A stretch of 64,000 nt of DNA from Minisyncoccota bacterium (GCA_041649435.1 JBAZNB010000003.1:29041-93040), one strand, 5' to 3'. Counted from the stretch's first letter, positions 29,080 to 39,250 are shown. Program-made: numbers and translations. The notes: a model not told the origin generated them from the letters alone.

Positions 29080-29724
29080 TTAAGTAATTATTTCTGGGGG
29101 CAGTTCTGGGTAGTATCCCATTTCCGCTTGTTTTGGATGATGTAATGACCAAAGCAATTCCAATACCTCTTCTGATCCCATTGCTGCTGATTTTAACCCG
29201 CAACGTCGAAGCCCCAAAGCAACATATTCAATTCTTTGCAAGAGCTGATATTTTCCTTTTTGGAAAAAATCTTCAGTGAGAGCTGATTGAGACACTGGTT
29301 TTCCTCCCAGATTTTGAGCAGCTGAAGAAGTAGAAAGCTCTAAAAGAGGATAATAAGGGATAACCACATAAAAGCTTTTATTCATAATAGACCCATCTGC
29401 TACCAGATCTTCAATAAATTTTCGATAATCTGCAGTTTGAATTTTTAATAATTCGTTTTTTTGTTTTGACTCTAATTCTTTTATTTTATCAATATATCCA
29501 GTAATGTTTACTTTTCGCGAACTAACTATCATTTGGCAGGAAAAATCCAAAGAATTAAGAAAATTTTGAAAATTAAAAATAATCGCCCCCTGTTCTTCTT
29601 CAGACTTTAAAGCAAAATTAATAGAAGAAACAATGAGCATCCCCCTCATTGATTGGTCATTCATTATCATAATCCCCTCGCGGATTTGTTTAATTGGAAT
29701 AAATTGTTGCGTGGGAGTAGCCAT
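29080..29724 (-). CDS. VirB4/TrbE-like T4SS ATPase, N-terminal 214 aa part
   Basis: Same reading frame as 27268-29070, separated only by a TAA (plus strand tta at 29080-29082) and three codons. Content resembles the VirB4 N-domain (IMIMNDQSMRGMLIVSSINFALKSEEEQ). Confidence 0.5.
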   Translation of the reverse strand: MATPTQQFIPIKQIREGIMIMNDQSMRGMLIVSSINFALKSEEEQGAIIFNFQNFLNSLDFSCQMIVSSRKVNITGYIDKIKELESKQKNELLKIQTADYRKFIEDLVADGSIMNKSFYVVIPYYPLLELSTSSAAQNLGGKPVSQSALTEDFFQKGKYQLLQRIEYVALGLRRCGLKSAAMGSEEVLELLWSLHHPKQAEMGYYPELPPEIIT

Positions 29725-29729
29725 AAAAA

Positions 29730-30152
29730 TTATTTTTCAAAATCTATTTTTTTAATTAAGTTTTCTATTTTTCCGGTTTCTTTTATTTTTAAAGGAGATG
29801 GTTTTTCTTGAAGTTTTGCTTCGGCCAATCTTTTTTCTTTTGGCGAAGAAAGAAATACAGGAGATTGTTTTCTTTTCCAAAGGAATAATTTATTATTTAA
29901 TGTGTAGGTAGTAAAATTTTTTCCCACCTTAGCTACTCCCAATCCTTCTATTTTTATAAAAGCAAGGGCAAAGGCAATTCCAAAAAGTAAAACAGTGATT
30001 ATAACATATAAAGTTAAATGGTTTTTTGACATTAAAAAATATAAAAAAAAAGAAATTCCAAAAGCTGTACCAACAAACATAGTTTGGCTTAGAGTAAGCG
30101 GCCCTAATATTTTCGGGTCATGTTCGATAAATTGTGGCACTCGAAAATCCAT
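29730..30152 (-). CDS. VirB3-like small membrane protein
   Basis: 140 aa; DPKILGPLTLSQTMFVGTAFGISFFLYFL matches the VirB3 DP-lf-G-tRP motif followed by TM helices. Lies immediately upstream of virB4-like, the canonical order. Confidence 0.5.
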   Translation of the reverse strand: MDFRVPQFIEHDPKILGPLTLSQTMFVGTAFGISFFLYFLMSKNHLTLYVIITVLLFGIAFALAFIKIEGLGVAKVGKNFTTYTLNNKLFLWKRKQSPVFLSSPKEKRLAEAKLQEKPSPLKIKETGKIENLIKKIDFEK

Positions 30153-30201
30153 AAATTAGAATATTGATATTTTATTTATTTTATCAAAATATTTTTAATA
30201 T

Positions 30202-31086
30202 TTAAAGCGGAGCTTCGCGATAAGGATCAGAATAATCATTTTTAATATTGAAAGTATTCTTTGATTCAGATATTGGAGTTGGTTTAGGGATGTTTGGCTC
30301 AGAGTCTGGTTTTTTAAAAGACGAATCAGAACTTGAAAAATCTGAAGAACTTTCTTTATCAATTTTTTCTCGATAAGAAGACTGGTTATTTAAAATATTT
30401 TTATTTTTAATTTCCGTGTTTAGAGTCGGCTCTGTTAATTCTGTAAAATCAATACTAGAAGTGCTAGGCTTTTTCACTTCTTCTAAATTTTTATCGCTAA
30501 GGTCAATCCGAGACTCTTCTTTTTTGGTAAAGCTTTTAACTGAAACAGAAGTTTTTGGTTTTTTTTCTTTAATTAAAGACAAAAAAGATTTTAAAGATTT
30601 TATGATGGGAAATTTGATTTTTCCGCTCCCTCCTTGGAGCTGAACATCTTCTTCTTTGTTATTCAGGCTTTGAGCTTCTGATTCTAAAAGAGAAGATTTT
30701 TTATCTTCAGGGATTTCTTCGGGAATAAATTTATCTAAATCAGGAATTGTTTTTTTGCCTGTTTTTTGTTCTTCTAGTCGTGATAAGGCCAAGCGCAAAT
30801 GTTTGAAAATGCTGAAATTTATTTCTTGGGTTATTTTATTGGCTAAAAATTCATTAATATTTAATTCTAATTCCAAAGTAACTCCAAAATCTTTGAGAGA
30901 CAAAAGACCCATTAAAACTCGACCAGTATATTTAGCAACAATAGAAGTCTGATCTTCGTCCAATCCTAAACGGCTACAAATATTATAAATAATTTGGTTG
31001 TTTTTTTCATCAAAAACAGCTTCTTTTAATTCTTCGGGCAGGGTTTTATAGGTTTCCCAAAAAAATTCTTTAGTGTACTCTTCCAT
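30202..31086 (-). CDS. hypothetical protein (ordered N-domain + low-complexity Ser/Lys/Glu-rich tail)
   Basis: 294 aa with no TM helix and no recognisable motif. Co-directional with the virB3/virB4-like genes. Confidence 0.35.
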   Translation of the reverse strand: MEEYTKEFFWETYKTLPEELKEAVFDEKNNQIIYNICSRLGLDEDQTSIVAKYTGRVLMGLLSLKDFGVTLELELNINEFLANKITQEINFSIFKHLRLALSRLEEQKTGKKTIPDLDKFIPEEIPEDKKSSLLESEAQSLNNKEEDVQLQGGSGKIKFPIIKSLKSFLSLIKEKKPKTSVSVKSFTKKEESRIDLSDKNLEEVKKPSTSSIDFTELTEPTLNTEIKNKNILNNQSSYREKIDKESSSDFSSSDSSFKKPDSEPNIPKPTPISESKNTFNIKNDYSDPYREAPL

Positions 31087-31196
31087 ATATTGATTATTTT
31101 AACACAAATCATTATTAAGAATCAACTTATTTTTAAATTATTTTTAAAAAAGAAAATTAAAATAATTATTTAGAAAAAACAAATCTTTATTACATA

Positions 31197-31225
31197 TTGA
31201 CAAATATAATCAAGTAGTTTATAAT
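31197..31225 (+). promoter_or_regulatory. consensus sigma70-type promoter (TTGACA-17-TATAAT) for the SPFH gene
   Basis: ttgaca at 31197-31202, 17-nt spacer, tataat at 31220-31225, about 45 nt upstream of the ATG at 31274. Confidence 0.55.
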
Positions 31226-31273
31226 TATAATAATCCCCTATTGTATTTAGGGGCGTACCTTAACAATTAACAG

Positions 31274-32725
31274 GTGATGAAAATGGTTTTCTGGAAAAAA
31301 GAAAAAAAAGAAGAAGTAAAACGAACAGCTGAAGAACAACTACAAAGCTATCAGCAAAAAAGAAAACAAGCCCGCAATAAGGGATTGGTAATTATGATTT
31401 TTGCTGTAATTTTTGGAATTGCTTTAATCGCAATGTCTACTTCTAATGTTTTTTCTCTCATTGGAGCAACAGCCGCAGCGATTTTGATTGTAGTATTTTT
31501 TGTTTTTTTAGTGCTTTATTTTATCTGGGCAAAACACGACATCTTAACTTGCAATGTCAATGAAGGATATTGCAAAGTTATTGTAGTGGGAGATAAGTTC
31601 AAAAGAATTGTTTTTAACCACAAAGGCAAAGCAATGAATAAAGATTGGGAAATCGTGGAAGAAAATAGTCCTAATGCATATTACAAAGATAAAAGTACTT
31701 TAGGTATGCATACAATTTGGCCTTTATTTTTCGGCAAGGTTTATACCCACATCTTAGCCTGGCGGAAATATGATTTTTTGAAAAAAGCTCCAATTGACAG
31801 GAGAGAGTTGTTAACTCAAACAAGCTTGATGGATTATCCATATTATATCGAAACCCTTCAGGCTGAAGACAAAGACCGGGCTCCGCTTGATCTATTTACA
31901 GTAGTAACAATGCGGATAGTTAATCCGTATAAAGCTTTGTTTAAAATTACTACTGAGTGGATTGAGGTTGCTACTCCAAAAATACAGGGCACTTATGTGG
32001 CTTACATCAAACTGCACTCCTTTCAGGAAATGCTGGAAAATGTGAAGTCGCTTGGCGACAGCATTTTTGAAGAAATGAAACAGTCGGGGGGTATTTTTGA
32101 AGAGCTTCGCGATATTTATGGAGTGGAAATAATCTCTATAGACGTAATAGAGATTATTGGTGGCGACAAAGACATGCAAGCAGCGATTAAAGCAAATGCT
32201 GTCGCCAAGCTTCGAAAAGATGCCACTATAACTGATGCCGAAGCAGCGGCCAAGAAAAAAGTAATAGATTCTGAGGCCGAGATGCAAGCTCGAGCTAATA
32301 AAACAGCGGGTCTCTTTATGACTTTAATTTCAGGAAGAACTGGTCTTTCTGAAGATAAAATAAAAGAGTGCATGACAGAGCACCCCCAAGAATTCCAAAA
32401 AACATATGGACCGGAAATTGAAGCTTGTAACAAGCTGGTTGAACAAATGGTGTCAGCTGAAGCTAATGGTCTGGTTCAAATTTTGACTAGTGGAAGTACT
32501 GGTTCATCAGGCGGAGGAGTGAACAATGACCTTATTGCTACGGTTGTTGGGATGCTCAAGGCAATGAACACTCCGGCTGTTTCTGGTAACTCTCTAAATA
32601 AAAGCGGAGGGAAATCACAAGCACAATCAGAACCAACAAAACAAAACCCTTCAGAAGAAAAGAAACTTACGAAGGAAGAAAAAAGGAAAAAATTTTTAAA
32701 AGATAATGGACTTGAAGAATACTAA
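31274..32725 (+). CDS. SPFH/band-7 (stomatin/flotillin-like) membrane protein
   Basis: N-terminal TM helices followed by an SPFH-like core (...YGVEIISIDVIEIIGGDKDMQAAIKANAVAKLRKDATITDAEAAAKKKVIDSEAEMQA) and a Gly/Ser-rich tail. Confidence 0.6.
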   Translation: MMKMVFWKKEKKEEVKRTAEEQLQSYQQKRKQARNKGLVIMIFAVIFGIALIAMSTSNVFSLIGATAAAILIVVFFVFLVLYFIWAKHDILTCNVNEGYCKVIVVGDKFKRIVFNHKGKAMNKDWEIVEENSPNAYYKDKSTLGMHTIWPLFFGKVYTHILAWRKYDFLKKAPIDRRELLTQTSLMDYPYYIETLQAEDKDRAPLDLFTVVTMRIVNPYKALFKITTEWIEVATPKIQGTYVAYIKLHSFQEMLENVKSLGDSIFEEMKQSGGIFEELRDIYGVEIISIDVIEIIGGDKDMQAAIKANAVAKLRKDATITDAEAAAKKKVIDSEAEMQARANKTAGLFMTLISGRTGLSEDKIKECMTEHPQEFQKTYGPEIEACNKLVEQMVSAEANGLVQILTSGSTGSSGGGVNNDLIATVVGMLKAMNTPAVSGNSLNKSGGKSQAQSEPTKQNPSEEKKLTKEEKRKKFLKDNGLEEY

Positions 32726-32737
32726 GTCCATTTTTTA

Positions 32738-33130
32738 TTACACTAATTCTTGCCCAATCCCTTTAGGCGTTATTTTCATTTTAGGGGTTGTATCTAATGC
32801 ATCAGTCTCGTCGTCTATAGATAATTCTTTTAGAACGTAATCATTTTTAATTAATTTAGCGGATATCTCTTCTGCTGCTTCTCTAGTAAGATTTAAATTT
32901 TTAATAAGATTATTTACAACCTCAGCCGTTGATATTTTTTTATATTTCAAATCTAGGATTATTTTATATAAAATTAAAGACGCCAAGTTTTTTTGAGAAG
33001 ACATTTTGAAAAATAGCCTCTCTCTCGCTGTTTTAAAAGACGATAAATTATTACGAATATTTTCGTCTATATCTTCAAGTCGGTATTGGCTAACTAAGTC
33101 TTCTATTAAGTTGTATATTTCATCTAGCAT
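32738..33130 (-). CDS. hypothetical protein
   Basis: 130 aa with no recognisable domain; downstream of and co-oriented with the virB6-like gene. Confidence 0.35.
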   Translation of the reverse strand: MLDEIYNLIEDLVSQYRLEDIDENIRNNLSSFKTARERLFFKMSSQKNLASLILYKIILDLKYKKISTAEVVNNLIKNLNLTREAAEEISAKLIKNDYVLKELSIDDETDALDTTPKMKITPKGIGQELV

Positions 33131-33141
33131 ATTATTGTGCG

Positions 33142-35058
33142 TTATGGATTAGATTGTATATATAAAATATTATCTATAAAGTTGTCTATTTGACGTTGGA
33201 ATTCATCTCTCTCTTGTTGCGTCGTCGCAGCTCGCATTTGGGTTAACAAATGATTATAGTGAGCATTAATATTTGCTTGGTTCTGTTGTCCCCCGAGTCT
33301 TCTTAAGTTGTTGACTTGAGCTGGAGACCCATCTTCAATCGTTCTCCTAATTTGTCTTTCATTTGCATGAGTTAAGACATCCAAAGAATTAAGAGACTCT
33401 GCTCGAACTGTTTCTTGGAATTTTCTAGCCGACATCCCTTGGATTGTCTGTTGGGTTGTTTGTCCATTAATCCTTAAGGATAACTCTGGAGCATATTCTG
33501 CAATTTTATTTAGGTCGGCGCCTCTTCTTCTTAATTCAACGTGATTTGCGGCAATCCAATTAATTTCAGCATCTGTTATGGCGGCATCTTCTCCTCTGTC
33601 CACAGCAGAAATAATTCCAGCTATTTTTTCTTGCCTACTTTCAACAGAGATCGCATTTTGTTGAGTAATTCTTTGCAATTCGGCCGCTTCTATATTTTTA
33701 TAAGACGAAACTAAATTATTAATTTCTTTTTGTTCCTCTTGAGTTGCGCTTCCAGCTGGAGCCACACCAAGAGGTTCTTTTACATTTCTTGTATACCAGC
33801 GGTTAATTTGGCTTTCGGCTGATTTTCCTTGAGTAAGGCCACCTTTTAGGCCTCCTCTTAATGCTCCCCCAGCGCCACCTACAGCAGAGGAAAAAGCTGA
33901 AGAAACTCGTCCCCCTCCTTCAGCTCGGCTTTGAGTCCATTGATTTGATATTCCCGACCCAGCTCCAACAGCAGCACCGATAGCCGCTCCCCCAATTACC
34001 CCCTTAGTAGTTCCAATTGCTTTATTGGCCAAACCTTTTATTTTCCCGCCTACTGGACCGCCTGAATCAAGAGTAATAAAAAATCCAAGAATTAAGACAA
34101 TAAAAGGAATAAGATAAGCAAAAAGCAAACCCAATGTTCCATTTAAAACATTTCCTGTCGGAGGATTAATAATTTGACTGGAATCTGTGGCAATTTGAAA
34201 CATTATTAGATTTGATAAAAAAATAGTTCCAGCGGCCGGGATTCCCAAAAAACACCATTGAAGAAAATCATCCCACCAACCATCCCAAGTGCAAATTCTG
34301 GGAAAAATTTTTAAAAAATATTTTGATTCTGGTAAAACCTTGGTGGCAAAAGCAACAGGAGATAAAATCACTAAAATCCAAAGCATAACAATTCTTACCA
34401 AAAGCAGTAAAGCAAAAAGCAAATAAATTACACTGGCAAAAATAGCAAAAATCGTGAGAACAAATAAAGTTGGAATATCGGCCGAATTAAAAGTTGTCAT
34501 TTTTTCAGACAAAAGATTGACAAAAGTAGGAGGAACCCCACCCTTCAAAAGAAGATCCATTATCATTGTCGCAAGGTCAATAATTAATCCGCAGAATACT
34601 GGAGTAAAATTTATTAGAGCTGCAATTAAAATAAAATTAACTAAAGTTTTTTTTGCTCGAGTTTCTTGGTAGCCAAGGATTATACTAAGCGCGATTATAA
34701 CTAATCCAAAAATAAGGACAACGTTGGCCAAATTTCTTACAAAACCCCAGCCAGTGGAAACAATCACATTGTCTGCTCCAGTAAAAGAAACAGCTAAAAA
34801 ATTTCCACTTGCTACCCAAGTTAATAAATCAAGGGATACATTTAAAATATAAAGCGGAACAGTCATTAATAACCCAAAAATAGCGCCCAATAAAGCTTCG
34901 CCTAAAGAATCTTTTACGTTACTTAAAAAATTAAATGGATTTAAATCTGATAATTCAAAAGCAGAGGCAAAAAAAGGGAAAAATAAAAAAGAAATAAAAA
35001 CAAAGCAAAAAAACGCAATTATTGTTTTATGAGAAAATATTTTTTTGAAAAATTTCAT
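33142..35058 (-). CDS. VirB6/TrbL-like polytopic membrane protein with Gly-rich linker and C-terminal soluble domain
   Basis: 638 aa; signal peptide, at least 6 TM helices, Gly-rich stretch (GGPVGGKIKGL...GGAGGALRGGLKGGL), then a ~250 aa hydrophilic domain. This is the TrbL/VirB6 architecture. Confidence 0.5.
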   Translation of the reverse strand: MKFFKKIFSHKTIIAFFCFVFISFLFFPFFASAFELSDLNPFNFLSNVKDSLGEALLGAIFGLLMTVPLYILNVSLDLLTWVASGNFLAVSFTGADNVIVSTGWGFVRNLANVVLIFGLVIIALSIILGYQETRAKKTLVNFILIAALINFTPVFCGLIIDLATMIMDLLLKGGVPPTFVNLLSEKMTTFNSADIPTLFVLTIFAIFASVIYLLFALLLLVRIVMLWILVILSPVAFATKVLPESKYFLKIFPRICTWDGWWDDFLQWCFLGIPAAGTIFLSNLIMFQIATDSSQIINPPTGNVLNGTLGLLFAYLIPFIVLILGFFITLDSGGPVGGKIKGLANKAIGTTKGVIGGAAIGAAVGAGSGISNQWTQSRAEGGGRVSSAFSSAVGGAGGALRGGLKGGLTQGKSAESQINRWYTRNVKEPLGVAPAGSATQEEQKEINNLVSSYKNIEAAELQRITQQNAISVESRQEKIAGIISAVDRGEDAAITDAEINWIAANHVELRRRGADLNKIAEYAPELSLRINGQTTQQTIQGMSARKFQETVRAESLNSLDVLTHANERQIRRTIEDGSPAQVNNLRRLGGQQNQANINAHYNHLLTQMRAATTQQERDEFQRQIDNFIDNILYIQSNP

Positions 35059-35464
35059 ATTTACTTGTGCATTAGTGAATGTTATAATTATTATAACATT
35101 AATTGAATTTTTGGTAAATTACAAAATTATGAAGGCCAATTTAAGAGCAAGCCCTGAAACTATTATGATCCTTCCTTTGGCAATAATGGGAGATTTGATC
35201 GGAATCATCCTGCTTTTATTTGGGCTAGACGATTGCGGAATAACAGACTTAGTAATAACACCAATTTTAACAATTTGGATTATGATAAAAAGAAAAGATC
35301 CAACAATAATGAAAAAAGTTTTATTCCGTTTACTTGGTTATGGCACAATAGAGCTTATCCCCTATTTGGGAGGAATTTTCCCAGGGTATAGCTTAATCGT
35401 GATTCAAACTATTTTGCAGACTCAAAAAGCGGAAAAAGATTCAGAAGAAATTATTTTAGAATAA
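35045..35464 (+). CDS. small hydrophobic membrane protein (uncertain; true start may be ATG ~35129)
   Basis: 139 aa ORF with 3-4 predicted TM helices. Overlaps the virB6-like start region on the opposite strand. Confidence 0.3.
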   Translation: MKNFIFTCALVNVIIIITLIEFLVNYKIMKANLRASPETIMILPLAIMGDLIGIILLLFGLDDCGITDLVITPILTIWIMIKRKDPTIMKKVLFRLLGYGTIELIPYLGGIFPGYSLIVIQTILQTQKAEKDSEEIILE

Positions 35465-35482
35465 TAAAACAAGGATTATCGC

Positions 35483-38400
35483 GTGAAGAAAAAAATGAAA
35501 AAAAATAAAAAAATTGGATTAATTATTTTAGGATTATTTTTTTTAATTCCGTTAACTGTTTTTGGCGCCCTAGAAAATACCTATCCTTCTCTTCCAGGAT
35601 TTTCTCCAGAAGAAGGAACAGGGCTGTTGGTTTATTTTTTTAATTTTTTGGTTTATTCCGGAGGAATAGTGGCTGTCTCAGTAATTATTTATCAAGGAAT
35701 AACCATTTTTTTATCCAAAGGAAATGTAGCAAAAATAAATGAAGCTAAAGATAGAATTAAGGCGGTATTTTTAGGGTTAACAATTCTTTTAGGCGCTTAT
35801 TTTATTTTAATGTTTATTAATCCTGATTTAACAAAAATTAATCTTCCAATCTTAGAATACGGCGAAAAAATTTTTTCGAATAATAAAGAATTCGAATCAA
35901 AAGATGTTGTTTATAAAGAAATTGCCTTGGGAGCAATTATCGAAGCAATTTTGATGCCGTCTTCGACAGCTGAAAATCAATATTTTAATTATTCCCAACT
36001 TAACAAAAAAACAGAAGAAAAATGTTATTTATATGACGAAGAAGGAAACACAATTGATCGCAATAATGATGGCGAAATTAACAACCAAGATATGGTTGAG
36101 GGAATGGACTTGTCTGTTTGTATGGATAATTTACTAAGAGCAACAATTGCAAAAATTAGCTGGTTTAACGGCAATCAATCAATTTGTAATGGTGCGATTG
36201 CTAATACAGAAGGCCCGATTAATGCTTTGAAAAAATTTATTAGGACAGGATGTACTTGTGAGCCTTGCACTAAATGGCCAGATAAAACATTCCCAGAAAC
36301 AAACTGGCCGCAAGGGTGTAAAACAACAGATACAAAAGTTACTTGCTATGACAATGACGGATCAAGCTATGAAATAGATGGAACTTATTGTGACTGGAAG
36401 TGTAAGTGCTGTGGAGAGCCTCGGGGAAGTGATATTGGCTGCCAAGATCAACCTTCTAGTCCATTTTATTTGGAAAATGTTTATATCAACCACGATCCTT
36501 GTACAAATCGTCAACAGATTGATTGTGCTCGGCAAGAAATGAATTTTAGAATTTACGGCAAAGGATTGGATTTGGGATTAAAATGCGCTGGGATTTATGA
36601 ATACAGTCCAGACATTGCCCCTTTTATCGATGAAGAAACTAATACTTTAAAAATAATTGAAAAAACAGCACCAGATGGAAAAATATATAAAGCTCAATTC
36701 TTAACTTTTACCGGCGCAGTTGAAAGCAGTGTTCTCAATAGAATCGAAAGCTTTAAGTCGTATTTCAATAATCGGTTAGCAGAACTACAAATTGCTAAAA
36801 ATTTTATTAATGCCGATAAAACAAAAAATATTTTATCTTTAGCTGAATTTCAAAATCTCCAAGAAACTAGTTCTGAAAATGTGGTTAAAGAACCTTTGAT
36901 TACCGGCTACGATCCCTCAACTTACCATTCTTTTGTTTGTAAAAAATATAATATTAATAATGTTTGCGTTCAAGGAGAGTTGGTAAAATTAAAAGAATCA
37001 GGATACGCTTTTTTGCCTGGACAAAATTATGAATCTTTTCCTACTCAAGGAGAGGGCCAAGTGCCAGCAACTTCCCCAAGCTCGGAAATTGACAATACTA
37101 AATATACAAGCGATAAATATGCTTTTGGCTGGCCATTTACAGCAAAAAGAATTTGGAATAATAAATTAGGAAAAACAGCTCTAAAAAGCGATTTATATAA
37201 TACTGGAGACCCTGATACCTTATATATTTTATCTTATCCAGGAACAACTGATCCAAACAAATATCCAGCTTCTGCTCGGGCCGGAATTATTGATAATTCC
37301 CCTACCAATAATCAATGCACCTTAAAAGATTCGGAAAAAACAGATAAAGAACAAATTGAAAAAGGAACAGCAGTTTCTAATATTCCGATTGGACAATTAA
37401 CTGACAACATGACTGAATATGTAGAACAAATAAATTTAATTTTAGACAACACAGTTGATGAAGTAAATAATGTGATTGATTCTGCTGATCAGCTAGCTAA
37501 TTATTTACCAGAACATTGCAGCTGTTCTTCTGGCTGTGGAAATACCAATATTTGCGAACCTCAACTTGGACCAACCTGCGCCGAGCCATTTCAAGTTTGC
37601 GGAGCGCCTCCTTGCACGGATTGCGAAACATCGGAACAAGTTGTTTGTGAATTTGGATGTCTTGATTGCGGAGCAACTCAAGCAATAGATTCAGCAAGAT
37701 ATTATTGCGTAAGAGATGGATCTCCTACGGGAGAATGGTCAGCTGCTAGAAATTATGATTTTGATGCTGCCGGGGTATTAAATCCATTTAATTATATGCC
37801 TTCGCAAGAAGGATGTTATGTTTCTAATCCGGCGAATAATTATACATCATTTTATTTATTAAAAAATCCTTTTCTTATAATTGGTGGAGAGCATTGCGGA
37901 TGCGAACAAGGATTATCATATCTAATAAGAGATGCTCTTGATGGTGCTCATGAATGCAATACTTTGGTTTATGGCAGTTCACTAGAAGGTTCTTTTGGAG
38001 CAGTTTGCACCACAAATGATGTTCAAAAAATATTAAATAATTATGAATATCGGTATGACAAGCAATTATTAGAATCAGGATATATTTGTACTTGTGCTCA
38101 TAATATTGGTTCAACCCAATGCTATAATCCAATAAATAATGAACCATTAAATTGCACACTAAATCAATTAAACGATGAAGAGTTTACAACAGATAGCGAT
38201 TGTTATCAATTATTAGAAAAATCAATTGCTGGTGATTGTATAAAAAATGCCAAAACAGTCACAAATTTAGGCGGCTTTTGGGATATTGCTTCTTGTAATG
38301 GAAAAACTATTAGAATAACCCCAAAATATACTTCTAATATTATCTCTTGCGAAGAGGGTTATACAAACTTAACCGAAGAAGAAAGAATTTTAATCGAAGA

Positions 38401-39250
38401 TAATTATAGTCAAGAAATTACTTGGCTTAATGAGCTTGGCAAAGGACAAGACGAATTGACTTATAGCGGTTTAGATTGTTGTGGTCTTTATGTAGGGAAT
38501 ACTAATGAACTTCAAGCAAATATTGATAATTTAATGTCTAATATTCCGAGCGGATTTAATACCGAATGTTCGATTGATTTTGAAACAGGACAATCATCAA
38601 TTAAAATTAGTCGAAAAGTTGATTTGAGCGGACCAATTATTCGGCCAGAAAAAATAAAAGATAATCAAGCTTATTATGTTTGTCCATATAATGAAATCAA
38701 AACCCAGCAATCCAGAATTTATAAAAGAGTGGGAGATCCTTCTTGGGTTGGATTAGAAGATTTAACCACAGATCAAGCATGCTTGGATGATGTTCCTGGA
38801 TTTTTACAAAGGATAGAGCAATGGCGAGAAAGATTGTGGAATTATCAAAATGCAATAGATTTATCCCCTATTGATGTTAATCGATTTACTTTATTAGATT
38901 TATTAAATGTTACTCGTTCACGTTTTCATCAGTGTATTCAGGGATATGGCCAGCAATATAAGCCGGCTGCGACCACGGTTTACTTATTTACTTGCGAAGA
39001 AGGAATTGATGCTCAAAACTTAGGGGCTTATCGTATCTATCCAGAATTTCCATTAACCAATTCATTTTTATCAGAAACAAAATCAGAATCTCAATGGGGA
39101 TGCTATCCTTTGAATAGTTCAGTTCTCAACGCTCAAGAAAGAAAAAATTGTTTTGAAAATAAAAATAAAAAAGGAGTTGACGGATGTCAATCAATTTTAC
39201 AAGAATATAATTTAATAAATGATTTTTATTGCTGTTCTGGATCTCAATAA
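35483..39250 (+). CDS. giant secreted Cys-rich protein with N-terminal VirB2/TrbC-like pilin module (paralog 1 of 4)
   Basis: 1255 aa; signal peptide ...VFGALENTYP, then two hydrophobic helices joined by loop SKGNVAKINEAKDRIKA. The remainder is hydrophilic with many Cys clusters (CTCEPC, CKCCGEP, CSCSSGCGNTNICEP, CTDCETSEQVVCEFGCLDCG). Confidence 0.6.
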   Translation: MKKKMKKNKKIGLIILGLFFLIPLTVFGALENTYPSLPGFSPEEGTGLLVYFFNFLVYSGGIVAVSVIIYQGITIFLSKGNVAKINEAKDRIKAVFLGLTILLGAYFILMFINPDLTKINLPILEYGEKIFSNNKEFESKDVVYKEIALGAIIEAILMPSSTAENQYFNYSQLNKKTEEKCYLYDEEGNTIDRNNDGEINNQDMVEGMDLSVCMDNLLRATIAKISWFNGNQSICNGAIANTEGPINALKKFIRTGCTCEPCTKWPDKTFPETNWPQGCKTTDTKVTCYDNDGSSYEIDGTYCDWKCKCCGEPRGSDIGCQDQPSSPFYLENVYINHDPCTNRQQIDCARQEMNFRIYGKGLDLGLKCAGIYEYSPDIAPFIDEETNTLKIIEKTAPDGKIYKAQFLTFTGAVESSVLNRIESFKSYFNNRLAELQIAKNFINADKTKNILSLAEFQNLQETSSENVVKEPLITGYDPSTYHSFVCKKYNINNVCVQGELVKLKESGYAFLPGQNYESFPTQGEGQVPATSPSSEIDNTKYTSDKYAFGWPFTAKRIWNNKLGKTALKSDLYNTGDPDTLYILSYPGTTDPNKYPASARAGIIDNSPTNNQCTLKDSEKTDKEQIEKGTAVSNIPIGQLTDNMTEYVEQINLILDNTVDEVNNVIDSADQLANYLPEHCSCSSGCGNTNICEPQLGPTCAEPFQVCGAPPCTDCETSEQVVCEFGCLDCGATQAIDSARYYCVRDGSPTGEWSAARNYDFDAAGVLNPFNYMPSQEGCYVSNPANNYTSFYLLKNPFLIIGGEHCGCEQGLSYLIRDALDGAHECNTLVYGSSLEGSFGAVCTTNDVQKILNNYEYRYDKQLLESGYICTCAHNIGSTQCYNPINNEPLNCTLNQLNDEEFTTDSDCYQLLEKSIAGDCIKNAKTVTNLGGFWDIASCNGKTIRITPKYTSNIISCEEGYTNLTEEERILIEDNYSQEITWLNELGKGQDELTYSGLDCCGLYVGNTNELQANIDNLMSNIPSGFNTECSIDFETGQSSIKISRKVDLSGPIIRPEKIKDNQAYYVCPYNEIKTQQSRIYKRVGDPSWVGLEDLTTDQACLDDVPGFLQRIEQWRERLWNYQNAIDLSPIDVNRFTLLDLLNVTRSRFHQCIQGYGQQYKPAATTVYLFTCEEGIDAQNLGAYRIYPEFPLTNSFLSETKSESQWGCYPLNSSVLNAQERKNCFENKNKKGVDGCQSILQEYNLINDFYCCSGSQ

